Assembly: GCA_040954595.2 (NCBI GenBank)
Contig: CM082583.2
Coordinates: forward strand, 12,059,351-12,123,350
Reading direction: 5' to 3'
Source: Balanoglossus misakiensis
Taxonomy: Eukaryota > Animalia > Hemichordata
Length of the DNA stretch: 64,000 nt
Within the stretch, counting starts at the first letter, position 1. Every line of letters starts with the position of its first letter. The translations under genes and the position numbers were made by a program. The notes under the pieces are model-generated. The model was not told where the DNA came from, ran no database searches, and saw nothing but the letters and a program-made list of their open reading frames with translations. This document shows, piece by piece, positions 39,752 to 52,500 of the stretch.

Positions 39752-41095
39752 TTATATTTTTTTCACAACAAGCTCTTCTTCGTCCGCGTGTATCCACTTG
39801 GATCCATCATCATCCACCACCATCTTGTCACTGATGAAATTCATCACTTCTGTGAACACCTCAGGGGGCGCTGTTTCTCTCATGTGACTGCGGTGGCATA
39901 GGAAATCGAGGAGCATGTTCCCTGCTTCTGCCTCGGCATCGAAAACAGTATCGATCTTGACTGGCAGAATTCGGGGGTAACTTTTCACCTTTTTCCCTTC
40001 GTTGGCTAAATGCTCTTTGACATGTGCAGACAGTAAATTATGCATTTTACTACCCATGTTGTTTAATTTCTCAAAAAGCATACCGCATGGGCCTAGAAGT
40101 GAACAAAAAGGAATCCAGAATAAATGAAAATCACTTTACACGAAACATAAACTAAAAGCAAATTTGGAAAAAAGGGAGACTTCCACTTACTGTTATTATT
40201 GCAAATCGTCATCACCAGACTCCCGCCACTCTTGACAAAGCTGAGCATATCGTTGACGGCAGCTCCCCATTTCTCTATGTAATACAGACTATGACAGGAA
40301 AAGACCAAGTGAAACTTCTCCAATGCCACACTCTTCTGCTCAGCAACATACTCTTGCAGTGTTTTCACGTGCCACTCGAAGGTCACACCAGGATGGTTTT
40401 CCTGAAGCTTGGCTGCCCTTTCCTTGAACAGATCTACCTCTTCAGATGAAGGCTCAATAACACACACGTGTATTCGAGCATGTTTTTTCAGTAGATAGGG
40501 GAAGATGTACCCTTCAACGTCACCTGAGAGAACGGACAAAACCATTGACAAACCTTGAGCAAAAAGTGTTTTGTTAAGTCACCGTATAGACAGTATATGG
40601 TTAGATAGGATGGCCTGGTCTGTGGGCCTAAAGGACGACCAACATATTTTAAAGGGTTGGTGTCTGCGCCTGCGGGTATGGGTCACATGTGACAAAGTTG
40701 CTTGCATGTCAAAGTTCATGGCAAACAATGATATGCGTCGTTATTTTAACACACAAAATTGCCAGTTACATGTACTTTAGTATAATATGCATTGGTTAGC
40801 AGAGTCTACCTGTGTCAGGATGGGGTTATTATTGGGGGGGGGGGGGCTACACTTTGGTTGGGGGGGGGGGGACATAAAAACTGAAAGGTCCCATACCTTG
40901 TCCACAGCCGACAGTCATCATATTGAGTATTTCTTCTTTGCTTGGATCGAAGTCGATGTTGTCGATAATGTCGGGCCACTGTGTGTGCCACTGTTCCATG
41001 ATGTAATCAAAATTTACCACAGATTTGTAAATTTCAAACGTTTTAAAGTAGTAGTCCATATCTTCGTAGATGCTACGAAGACTGCTTGCAGACAT
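39752..41095 (-). CDS. HNMT: Histamine N-methyltransferase-like class I SAM-dependent methyltransferase, about 290 aa; exons 41095-40897, 40523-40191, 40092-39752
   Basis: N-terminus MSASSLRSIYEDMDYYFKTF resembles HNMT. Motif I MMTVGCGQG|D, VIEPS, KFHLVFSCHSLYYI and NMLLDFL are HNMT-family motifs. Two phase-1 GT-AG introns give an 873-nt frame. Substrate not determinable. Confidence 0.85.
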
Positions 41096-41926
41096 GGTGC
41101 TTTGTTTGATTGCGAGTGTTTACACTGCAAACAAAATAATTAGACTTGGTATAAAACCAGTAAAATGTTACATTTCCCACGCCCATGAGCACATTTCATA
41201 GGTGTTCATTATACAAGGCTGAATTTACATATGTGCTTGCTTTGGGAACTGTTAGTTATTCATGAATATGCATATGTTCGATTCACCAACTGATGAGAGA
41301 AAGCGCATGCACAAACAAGACAAGTACACGACAAGAAAAATGCATGCTTTTTATAACTTTGAAAGAAAGAGCAGTGACGTAACCAATTTGCGCTACACAA
41401 TGTCAATCGCAGTATTGTCCATCTTTTACAAAGGGTTTGGATTAAAATTTACATTTTGTTGACGCCATCCCCCAAAATTGGGGTTGTGCAGGACTTTGCA
41501 TCGGCGCTGAATCGACATGGTATATTTGAACATTTGATCTCAATGTGATATCATACTAGCAACCTCGAAACGGTTCATATTTTTTCTGCATCGATCGACA
41601 CATCCCACCACACCTTTGGTCGCCTGCAGTACGAGACATAGTAGATTCTGTGTAAAAGAGTTTCGTGTCTCAAGACTAGTTATTTAGAACAATGACGTTC
41701 CGCTATCATCGAAATCAACTGGTACGCCAATGAAATGTCGAATCTACTAGTATTTACCTATCTCGCTTGACTTGCTCAAACTCTATGGGCAAGAAACACA
41801 CGAACAGTATTGAGAACATTCATAAAGACAAAAAACACCAAACGACTAGTGGGCTAGTCTGCTATCTCACTGATGTCATCTATGAGAATTTTAAGTAGTT
41901 TGGAGTTTACAAGAGAGGTTTCTTAC

Positions 41927-41990
41927 CTTTTACAGCGAGTGGCAACGGGTGACTAATATAAACGAAACACAGTCAGCATATCTTTTATAT
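41927..41990 (-). promoter_or_regulatory. Candidate TATA box, initiator and short non-coding first exon of the HNMT-like gene
   Basis: Minus strand: TATAAAAG at 41989, TTAGTC Inr-like motif about 35 nt downstream, then donor AAAG|GTAAGA near 41927. A matching acceptor ttttgtttgcag lies near 41125, just upstream of the ATG. Confidence 0.5.
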
Positions 41991-42225
41991 GCAGTTAGTA
42001 ATTAATATGCATGATAGACAGGACAAAAGGGTCTGTATAGTCCTTTGTGTTCTCGTATCCGGAGCCGCCAATTATTGCGGGATGACTGGCATCAGGCTCT
42101 GGTTTGTGTGTCCTTCGAACTCGGTACTTGACTAAGTAATGTGTAAGATATGATAGTCATTATAAGGCCAAAAATTAAGAAATGTTTCTGGTCAGGCCTT
42201 TCTTTTAAAAAATGGTGCGGTTAAT

Positions 42226-42310
42226 GTCTTAGTTCGTGGTTAGAGCATCGGATTGCTTCTCCCCACCAAGGAGTAATGGGTACCCGGTAGGACGGAGATT
42301 GTTATGTGTA
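42226..42310 (+). mobile_element. Internally deleted tRNA-derived SINE remnant
   Basis: A-box-like tagttcgtggttagagcatcgga followed by ccaccaaggagtaatgggtacccgg, resembling a conserved invertebrate SINE core motif (..AAATGGGTACC..). No B box. Confidence 0.4.
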
Positions 42311-45300
42311 ATTAAAAATAAATTTTACATTATAATTGTTATCTAACTACATGTACCTGAAAGCACACAAAAGAAACATTGAAAAACACAACGCGCAAAA
42401 TGTGTGCATCCGGCATTTGTTTCAACATGTCCGTATATACTTAATTTTTGTCTTTGTTATTCAGGAAAGTCATTTTCGCAGTGTATAATAACTCACGTGT
42501 TTGTTTCCGAAAATAACCGTCCCTCAAGTACAGCACAAGTGGCCGAATAAAAATCCACGGTCCATTGAGCTGGACATCGCTCCAATGCAATTTTACGCCG
42601 CCCTTTCATTTAGTACAGACGCGGTGTTACAATAATTCTGAAACAAGGAGCTGCTCTCGTCTTCTAGGCTGTGGCTATAGGAAAACAAAAATCAGTTTAT
42701 TACATTCATCGTGTAGTCAACTTACCAATGAAGTTGTAATAAAAACAGTGATTATTAAACCGCTATGTTATCTGAAGAACGAACAATGCTGTTGCTATAA
42801 TGGCACTGTCTTCAATGGTCCACGCTTCAGAGGCGATCATTTGTCTGTCGGTTTTATCTATGTTTACTTTTTGTTTCTCTCTGTTGCCGATCGTCATAAA
42901 GTCTACGCCCACCGGCTTACGTCATTGCCGTGTTTTGTGGGGAGCTTTGGTTTATGCGCATGTTTTAGCTGTGCAGTGACAATAAACGGTCATCTTTCAC
43001 TGTTTGTTACTCCACAGTATTCTAATTACCTCTGACGGACAGTAGCGCATAGCGCCAGCAGTGTTTAGTATCCGACGTCGTTGTTATGGGGGAAATGCGG
43101 GAACATTGAGCGGTGATGGATATATTTAAGTTACCTTCTAAGTCCTTTGAGTACCGGTGGAGCTAAACTTGATTGCGTTGTAATCTTTCTCGAGTGGCGT
43201 ACGTGAGTTTGACGGCTTGTTGGGGCAACCTGAGCTGCGCGGAGAGGTAACCGCGATCGAACTGCGCCCCCAAGGTCAATGGGTGACTGAATTTACTGGA
43301 GGAACTCGACAACTGGTGGCTTCATTTAACACCTGGTCTGACGTACATGTCACGAAGAGACGATTTCGTGTCCTTCACGCAATACATGCGACCAAAATAC
43401 CGACGGGCATTTAACCAGTGGCTGTCAAAGCTTGCGCGAATGACATGGAAATGACACGCGGTCATTTGCCGCCACTGTGATTGAAAGGACCCTTTGTGCC
43501 AGTGTGTTGGGAGACTGTAGAAAAGAACTGTGACCAGAGCCCAGGATTGTTCGCGCAAGGATTTAATCTGTCAGTCTGACAAGTCATACATGTGTGAGAC
43601 CCTATTCCGAATACACTGTACGACTCTTCTGTACAAGGTGAGTGTCTGTCATAGATTTGTGTGCCACCATTCTCCGAGCGCCGCGCTCACAAGAGCTCGT
43701 GTTTGAGTTCGGTATTGTTATAACAACCTGTTCGTGTTGCTAGGAACTAGTCATCGCCATCTTCTCTGACCACCACTAGAGTCCCAACTCTACGATTGTC
43801 ATATTTGAATCTTGAAGAGAAAAAAACCCGCGAGGACCAAACTATAAAACTGTATAGCCGCGGGTTTGAAAAGCGAATAGGTTTGGGCACTTTATTCTAT
43901 TATGACGTGCTCGTTGACTGCCTGGAGCGTAGTGTTTGTGTACATTCGCCCCGGGCCGTTTCTATACACTAGAATTTTCTTTCTTTCAATTCTTGTGTTT
44001 ACCCACGTTACCTGTCGTCGGAGTCTGAGTAACCAAAATCCAAGCGTGGAACGCACGGCCAGCCAAGATCGATAGATAATGAATAGGGAATTATTTAGTC
44101 ATATTTTTTGGAGGAAAAGCCGATAAGCGATGTGCGTGGGGGTTTTTGTGTCTAGTAATTAAGACAGGGAATATTCCATTAAAACGTTGATTAGATAATT
44201 TCACTGCATGTACTCAATACAATGTCTTCGCACTGACAAAGACTTGGTGGTCATTTTTATTGAAGTGGGCCGCGTACGTGGCCCATACCCTTGCATATCT
44301 GCACGTTAATCGGTGTTCTCTGGCCTTTAGTCGGCAATATCGATTTTTTCCGGGTCATTGAAATTCTCCAGTGCTTACCTTAGAGACAGTCAACACAGAC
44401 GTTTTCGAATACATGTACCATACTCTGTTTTGCAATTTCTTTATGCTCCTGCAAATTCACATCAAAAGGGATTTCTCAGCTAACCCTTTCCATTAAATCG
44501 AAATGTACCCCCCCCCCACCGAATCCGTCCGAAACTGAGAAATACATTTGCACGCGGGCATTCTCCGAAGCCCATAAAGTGATAAATAATTACTTCTGTC
44601 CGAGGCCCTGCTCGCCCGACCTTTACTCGGTGAGGAACACACTGTAGACTAAACGTGACAGGGGTGGATTCCGTAAACTATTGTGGCAACACCCCCCCCC
44701 CTCCCATACCCCAGCTAACTGGACAGAAATACGATAGCGCGTCAGGGTTTCAGCTGACGACCTGTGAAATGTTTTCGAGTTACCGACCACTTGGTAGCCA
44801 ACAAACAACGCAACCTGTATCGCGCTGGACCTTGTGATTGCTCGGCTGTCTTCGACGTTGTGTCGAAGTGCCACAACTGGTCGTAAGTATTGACTTGTTT
44901 GGGCGTTTCGGGAATATATCGGGCTCTTGGTGTCCTAACTTATTGAATAATCGTCTTTGTTGACAGAAGTCAATGTTTGCGACCGGGCTTGTCTACAAAA
45001 GGTATCCTTTTTTCAATGTTACCCCTTAGTGTGTGTTCGTCAGCTCTCTTGGGTTTTGTCGCTCAGCACATAGGCATTACACTCGGTGACAACAACGAAT
45101 TTCGCACCAGACGCAAATACCGTAAGGCTCAGACAAAGCTTTGAGGGGTGGCTGTCTTTGCTTTTACTACCGAAGTATTTTGCTGCAGAGTGTGTTTTTT
45201 TCGCTGGAATAGATTTGTCTCCACGCCGACATAAAATCAACTTTGTAACTCCGAGAATTACAATAGTATTTTTTTACTGATGTCGTCAATATACAGGTTA

Positions 45301-46590
45301 TACGGTCCGGTGATCTGCTGATTTCTACTGGTGCCAAACCAGTACTGTTTTGTGTAAAACGTTTCCAGGTAGATGTATCTAGGTAAACGTCAGTTGCTGG
45401 TAATAGATTTGTTAAGTATACGGTGTCGAGTTTATGTACTCGTAACGCACGCAGAAAGTACGACCTATTACCTTACAACAACAAAACGTCCCCATACACA
45501 CGCCGTCACGTACGGAGAGGCCCTTGCACCGACGCCATTACATCACTTGCATTTACGAACAATGATTGCATTTTCCAGGCGCGCGTTTTCTATGACGCCT
45601 GCAACAGCGCGGATTAAACGGATGAAGCGGTTTAGCGCACTGAATTCCCCTCGATGAAATCTGCGCTGCCCCCGACGCAAGTTTTTTGAACTTCGACCCT
45701 AGAAGCATGTTGGGGCTGGCTCGGCGCTCGGGGTGTCACTTCGCCTTCTATACCAGGGGAATGCCGCAACAAAGAGAAACAGCAAGGCAGGCTTTACTCA
45801 GACAAAAAGCGGCGATTTAATACCCCTTTTAACATGCTATTCTGCGGAATTTCTGCCCTTACTTTTTGACGCGAGTGACCCACAAACTCCTGGGAGACGG
45901 ACACTAAAGATTATTGCGTCACTGGTGTTGAAAACTTGTAACATAAGACGGGAAAAGTCGAAGTCGGTAATCTTTTCTCTGAAGCGCTGGGTGACCTGCA
46001 ATTTCTGTTCATAACACTTTCTCGTATTATGTATAAAGTGGGCCATAATCGGATGTGTGTTTGGAAACTACTGCAAAGTCTGGTTCCATTCTGTGGTGTT
46101 GACACAGGGGACTGAAGTTAAATTATTCATAGCAAGGTACAGAAATTGAAAGGCTTTCCTGAGACTGGGAACCGATTCCACCACCTTAGCACTGACGTCA
46201 ATAAAAAGCATCCTAATCGATGCATCTAAACACAAAACTTTTTATTTATTGACAACAGAAAGAAAGGCACGGTCACGTTTTTCTCCCATTCTACCTGTAA
46301 TTACACAAAGACTATTCACCCGTGACCGCAACTTCTACTTTCTAACTGACCGTTCTAATTTACCTGTAGAACATCGATTACCACAAAATAGGGCCACGGG
46401 TGCCGGGGCACGGATATTTGCCGATCAAGTTGAATTTGAAACGCCCAATCTATTGTTCTGCAGGCAACCAAACCGAGACCTCACATATTTTTCCTCCATT
46501 TCCGCGTGCCATGGTAACGCTGTTTTGAACGAGGGGACTCCGGTCTGGTTTGAAAGACACGGGTTAAGAAACAAAACGGATGTAATAGAA

Positions 46591-49500
46591 CATGAAAATC
46601 ATCCAAAAATGACAATTTTTCGACTTTGCGAATTTTCAAAATTTCTTCATTTTTTTCGAAAAAATCATGGGTTATAGCTCATGAAAATCATCAAAAAATG
46701 ACAATTTTTCGACTTTGCGAATTTTCAAAATTTCGACATTTTTTGAAAAAAATCATGGGTTATAGCTCATGAAAATCATCCAAAAATGACATTTTTCGAC
46801 TTTGCGAATTTTCAAAATTTCGACATTTTTTGAAAAAAATCATGGGTTATAACTCATGAAAATCATCCAAAAATGAGAATTTTTCGACTTTGCGAATTTT
46901 CAAAATTTCGACATTTTTTGAAAAAAATCATGGGTTATAGCTCATGAAAATCATCCAAAAATGACAATTTTTCGACTTTGCGAATTTTCAAAATTTCTTC
47001 ATTTTTTCGAAAAATCATGGGATATAGCTCATGAAAATCAACCAGAAATGACAATTTTTCGACTTTGCGAATTTTCAAAATTTCTTCATTTTTTCGAAAA
47101 AATCATGGGTTATAGCTCATGAAAATCATCCAGAAATGACAATTTTTAGACTTTGCGGAATTTCAAAATTTGGCCGATTTTTGAAAAAATCATGGGTTAT
47201 AGCTCATGAAAATCATCCAAAAATGAGAATTTTTCGACTTTGCGGAATTTCAAAATTTGGCCGATTTTTGAAAAAATCATGGGTTATAGCTCATGAAAAT
47301 CATCCAAAAATGAGAATTTTTCGACTTTGCGGAATTTCAAAATTTGGCCGATTTTTGAAAAAATCATGGGTTATAGCTCATGAAAATCATCCAAAAATGA
47401 GAATTTTTCGACTTTGCGGAATTTCAAAATTTGGCCGATTTTTGAAAAAATCATGGGTTATAGCTCATGAAAATCATCCAAAAATGAGAATTTTTCGACT
47501 TTGCGGAATTTCAAAATTTGGCCGATTTTTGAAAAAATCATGGGTTATAGCTCATGAAAATCATCCAAAAATGAGAATTTTTCGACTTTGCGGAATTTCA
47601 AAATTTGGCCGATTTTTGAAAAAATCATGGGTTATAGCTCATGAAAATCATCCAAAAATGAGAATTTTTCGACTTTGCGGAATTTCAAAATTTGGCCGAT
47701 TTTTGAAAAAATCATGGGTTATAGCTCATGAAAATCATCCAAAAATGAGAATTTTTCGACTTTGCGGAATTTCAAAATTTGGCCGATTTTTGAAAAAATC
47801 ATGGGTTATAGCTCATGAAAATCATCCAAAAATGAGAATTTTTCGACTTTGCGGAATTTCAAAATTTGGCCGATTTTTGAAAAAATCATGGGTTATAGCT
47901 CATGAAAATCATCCAAAAATGAGAATTTTTCGACTTTGCGGAATTTCAAAATTTGGCCGATTTTTGAAAAAATCATGGGTTATAGCTCATGAAAATCATC
48001 CAAAAATGAGAATTTTTCGACTTTGCGGATTTCAAAATTTGGCCGATTTTTGAAAAAATCATGGGTTATAGCTCATGAAAATCATCCAAAAATGAGAATT
48101 TTTCGACTTTGCGGAATTTCAAAATTTGGCCGATTTTTGAAAAAATCATGGGTTATAGCTCATGAAAATCATCCAGAAATGACAATTTTTCGACTTTGCG
48201 AATTTTCAAAATTTCTTCATTTTTTCGAAAAAATCATGGGTTATAGCTCATGAAAATCATCCAGAAATGACAATTTTTCGACTTTGCGAATTTTCAAAAT
48301 TTCTTCATATTTTCGAAAAAATCATGGGTTATAGCTCATGAAAATCAACCAGAAATGACAATTTTTCGACTTTGCGAATTTTCAAAATTTCTTCATTTTT
48401 TCGAAAAATCATGGGTTATAGCTCATGAAAATCATCCAAAAATGAGAATTTTTCGACTTTGCGGAATTTCAAAATTTGGCCGATTTTTGAAAAAATCATG
48501 GGTTATAGCTCATGAAAATCATCCAAAAATGAGAATTTTTCGACTTTGCGGAATTTCAAAATTTGGCCGATTTTTGAAAAAATCATGGGTTATAGCTCAT
48601 GAAAATCATCCAAAAATGAGAATTTTTCGACTTTGCGGAATTTCAAAATTTGGCCGATTTTTGAAAAAATCATGGGTTATAGCTCATGAAAATCATCCAA
48701 AAATGAGAATTTTTCGACTTTGCGGAATTTCAAAATTTGGCCGATTTTTGAAAAAATCATGGGTTATAGCTCATGAAAATCATCCAAAAATGAGAATTTT
48801 TCGACTTTGCGGAATTTCAAAATTTGGCCGATTTTTGAAAAAATCATGGGTTATAGCTCATGAAAATCATCCAAAAATGAGAATTTTTCGACTTTGCGGA
48901 ATTTCAAAATTTGGCCGATTTTTGAAAAAATCATGGGTTATAGCTCATGAAAATCATCCAAAAATGAGAATTTTTCGACTTTGCGGAATTTCAAAATTTG
49001 GCCGATTTTTGAAAAAATCATGGGTTATAGCTCATGAAAATCATCCAAAAATGAGAATTTCTCGACTTTGCGGAATTTCAAAATTTGGCCGATTTTTGAA
49101 AAAATCATGGGTTATAGCTCATGAAAATCATCCAAAAATGAGAATTTCTCGACTTAGCGGAATTTCAAAATTTGGCCGATTTTTGAAAAAATCATGGGTT
49201 ATAGCTCATGAAAATCATCCAAAAATGAGAATTTCTCGACTTTGCGGAATTTCAAAATTTGGCCGATTTTTGAAAAAATCATGGGTTATAGCTCATGAAA
49301 ATCATCCAAAAATGAGAATTTTTCGACTTTGCGGAATTTCAAAATTTGGCCGATTTTTGAAAAAATCATGGGTTATAGCTCATGAAAATCATCCAAAAAT
49401 GAGAATTTTTCGACTTTGCGGAATTTCAAAATTTGGCCGATTTTTGAAAAAATCATGGGTTATAGCTCATGAAAATCATCCAAAAATGAGAATTTTTCGA

Positions 49501-52500
49501 CTTTGCGGAATTTCAAAATTTGGCCGATTTTTGAAAAAATCATGGGTTATAGCTCATGAAAATCATCCAAAAATGAGAATTTTTCGACTTTGCGGAATTT
49601 CAAAATTTGGCCGATTTTTGAAAAAATCATGGGTTATAGCTCATGAAAATCATCCAAAAATGAGAATTTTTCGACTTTGCGGAATTTCAAAATTTGGCCG
49701 ATTTTTGAAAAAATCATGGGTTATAGCTCATGAAAATCATCCAAAAATGAGAATTTTTCGACTTTGCGGAATTTCAAAATTTGGCCGATTTTTGAAAAAA
49801 TCATGGGTTATAGCTCATGAAAATCATCCAAAAATGAGAATTTCTCGACTTTGCGGAATTTCAAAATTTGGCCGATTTTTGAAAAAATCATGGGTTATAG
49901 CTCATGAAAATCATCCAAAAATGAGAATTTCTCGACTTTGCGGAATTTCAAAATTTGGCCGATTTTTGAAAAAATCATGGGTTATAGCTCATGAAAATCA
50001 TCCAAAAATGAGAATTTCTCGACTTTGCGGAATTTCAAAATTTGGCCGATTTTTGAAAAAATCATGGGTTATAGCTCATGAAAATCATCCAAAAATGAGA
50101 ATTTCTCGACTTTGCGGAATTTCAAAATTTGGCCGATTTTTGAAAAAATCATGGGTTATAGCTCATGAAAATCATCCAAAAATGAGAATTTTTCGACTTT
50201 GCGGAATTTCAAAATTTGGCCGATTTTTGAAAAAATCATGGGTTATAGCTCATGAAAATCATCCAAAAATGAGAATTTTTCGACTTTGCGGAATTTCAAA
50301 ATTTGGCCGATTTTTGAAAAAATCATGGGTTATAGCTCATGAAAATCATCCAAAAATGAGAATTTTTCGACTTTGCGGAATTTCAAAATTTGGCCGATTT
50401 TTGAAAAAATCATGGGTTATAGCTCATGAAAATCATCCAAAAATGACAATTTTTCGACTTTGCGAATTTTCAAAATTTCTTCATATTTTCGAAAAAATCA
50501 TGGGTTATAGCTCATGAAAATCAACCAAAAATGAGAATTTTTCGACTTTGCGGAATTTCAAAATTTGGCCGATTTTTGAAAAAATCATGGGTTATAGCTC
50601 ATGAAAATCATCCAAAAATGAGAATTTTTCGACTTTGCGGAATTTCAAAATTTGGCCGATTTTTGAAAAAATCATGGGTTATAGCTCATGAAAATCATTC
50701 AAAAATGAGAATTTCTCGACTTTGCGGAATTTCAAAATTTGGCCGATTTTTGAAAAAATCATGGGTTATAGCTCATGAAAATCATCCAAAAATGAGAATT
50801 TCTCGACTTTGCGGAATTTCAAAATTTGGCCGATTTTTGAAAAAATCATGGGTTATAGCTCATGAAAATCATCCAAAAATGAGAATTTCTCGACTTTGCG
50901 GAATTTCAAAATTTGGCCGATTTTTGAAAAAATCATGGGTTATAGCTCATGAAAATCATCCAAAAATGAGAATTTTTCGACTTTGCGGAATTTCAAAATT
51001 TGGCCGATTTTTGAAAAAATCATGGGTTATAGCTCATGAAAATCATCCAAAAATGAGAATTTTTCGACTTTGCGGAATTTCAAAATTTGGCCGATTTTTG
51101 AAAAAATCATGGGTTATAGCTCATGAAAATCATCCAAAAATGAGAATTTTTCGACTTTGCGGAATTTCAAAATTTGGCCGATTTTTGAAAAAATCATGGG
51201 TTATAGCTCATGAAAATCATCCAAAAATGAGAATTTTTCGACTTTGCGGAATTTCAAAATTTGGCCGATTTTTGAAAAAATCATGGGTTATAGCTCATGA
51301 AAATCATCCAAAAATGAGAATTTTTCGACTTTGCGGAATTTCAAAATTTGGCCGATTTTTGAAAAAATCATGGGTTATAGCTCATGAAAATCATCCAAAA
51401 ATGAGAATTTTTCGACTTTGCGGAATTTCAAAATTTGGCCGATTTTTGAAAAAATCATGGGTTATAGCTCATGAAAATCATCCAAAAATGAGAATTTTTC
51501 GACTTTGCGGAATTTCAAAATTTGGCCGATTTTTGAAAAAATCATGGGTTATAGCTCATGAAAATCATCCAAAAATGAGAATTTTTCGACTTTGCGGAAT
51601 TTCAAAATTTGGCCGATTTTTGAAAAAATCATGGGTTATAGCTCATGAAAATCATCCAAAAATGAGAATTTTTCGACTTTGCGGAATTTCAAAATTTGGC
51701 CGATTTTTGAAAAAATCATGGGTTATAGCTCATGAAAATCATCCAAAAATGAGAATTTTTCGACTTTGCGGAATTTCAAAATTTGGCCGATTTTTGAAAA
51801 AATCATGGGTTATAGCTCATGAAAATCATCCAAAAATGAGAATTTTTCGACTTTGCGGAATTTCAAAATTTGGCCGATTTTTGAAAAAATCATGGGTTAT
51901 AGCTCATGAAAATCATCCAAAAATGAGAATTTTTCGACTTTGCGGAATTTCAAAATTTGGCCGATTTTTGAAAAAATCATGGGTTATAGCTCATGAAAAT
52001 CATCCAAAAATGAGAATTTTTCGACTTTGCGGAATTTCAAAATTTGGCCGATTTTTGAAAAAATCATGGGTTATAGCTCATGAAAATCATCCAAAAATGA
52101 GAATTTTTCGACTTTGCGGAATTTCAAAATTTGGCCGATTTTTGAAAAAATCATGGGTTATAGCTCATGAAAATCATCCAAAAATGAGAATTTTTCGACT
52201 TTGCGGAATTTCAAAATTTGGCCGATTTTTGAAAAAATCATGGGTTATAGCTCATGAAAATCATCCAAAAATGAGAATTTTTCGACTTTGCGGAATTTCA
52301 AAATTTGGCCGATTTTTGAAAAAATCATGGGTTATAGCTCATGAAAATCATCCAAAAATGAGAATTTTTCGACTTTGCGGAATTTCAAAATTTGGCCGAT
52401 TTTTGAAAAAATCATGGGTTATAGCTCATGAAAATCATCCAAAAATGAGAATTTTTCGACTTTGCGGAATTTCAAAATTTGGCCGATTTTTGAAAAAATC

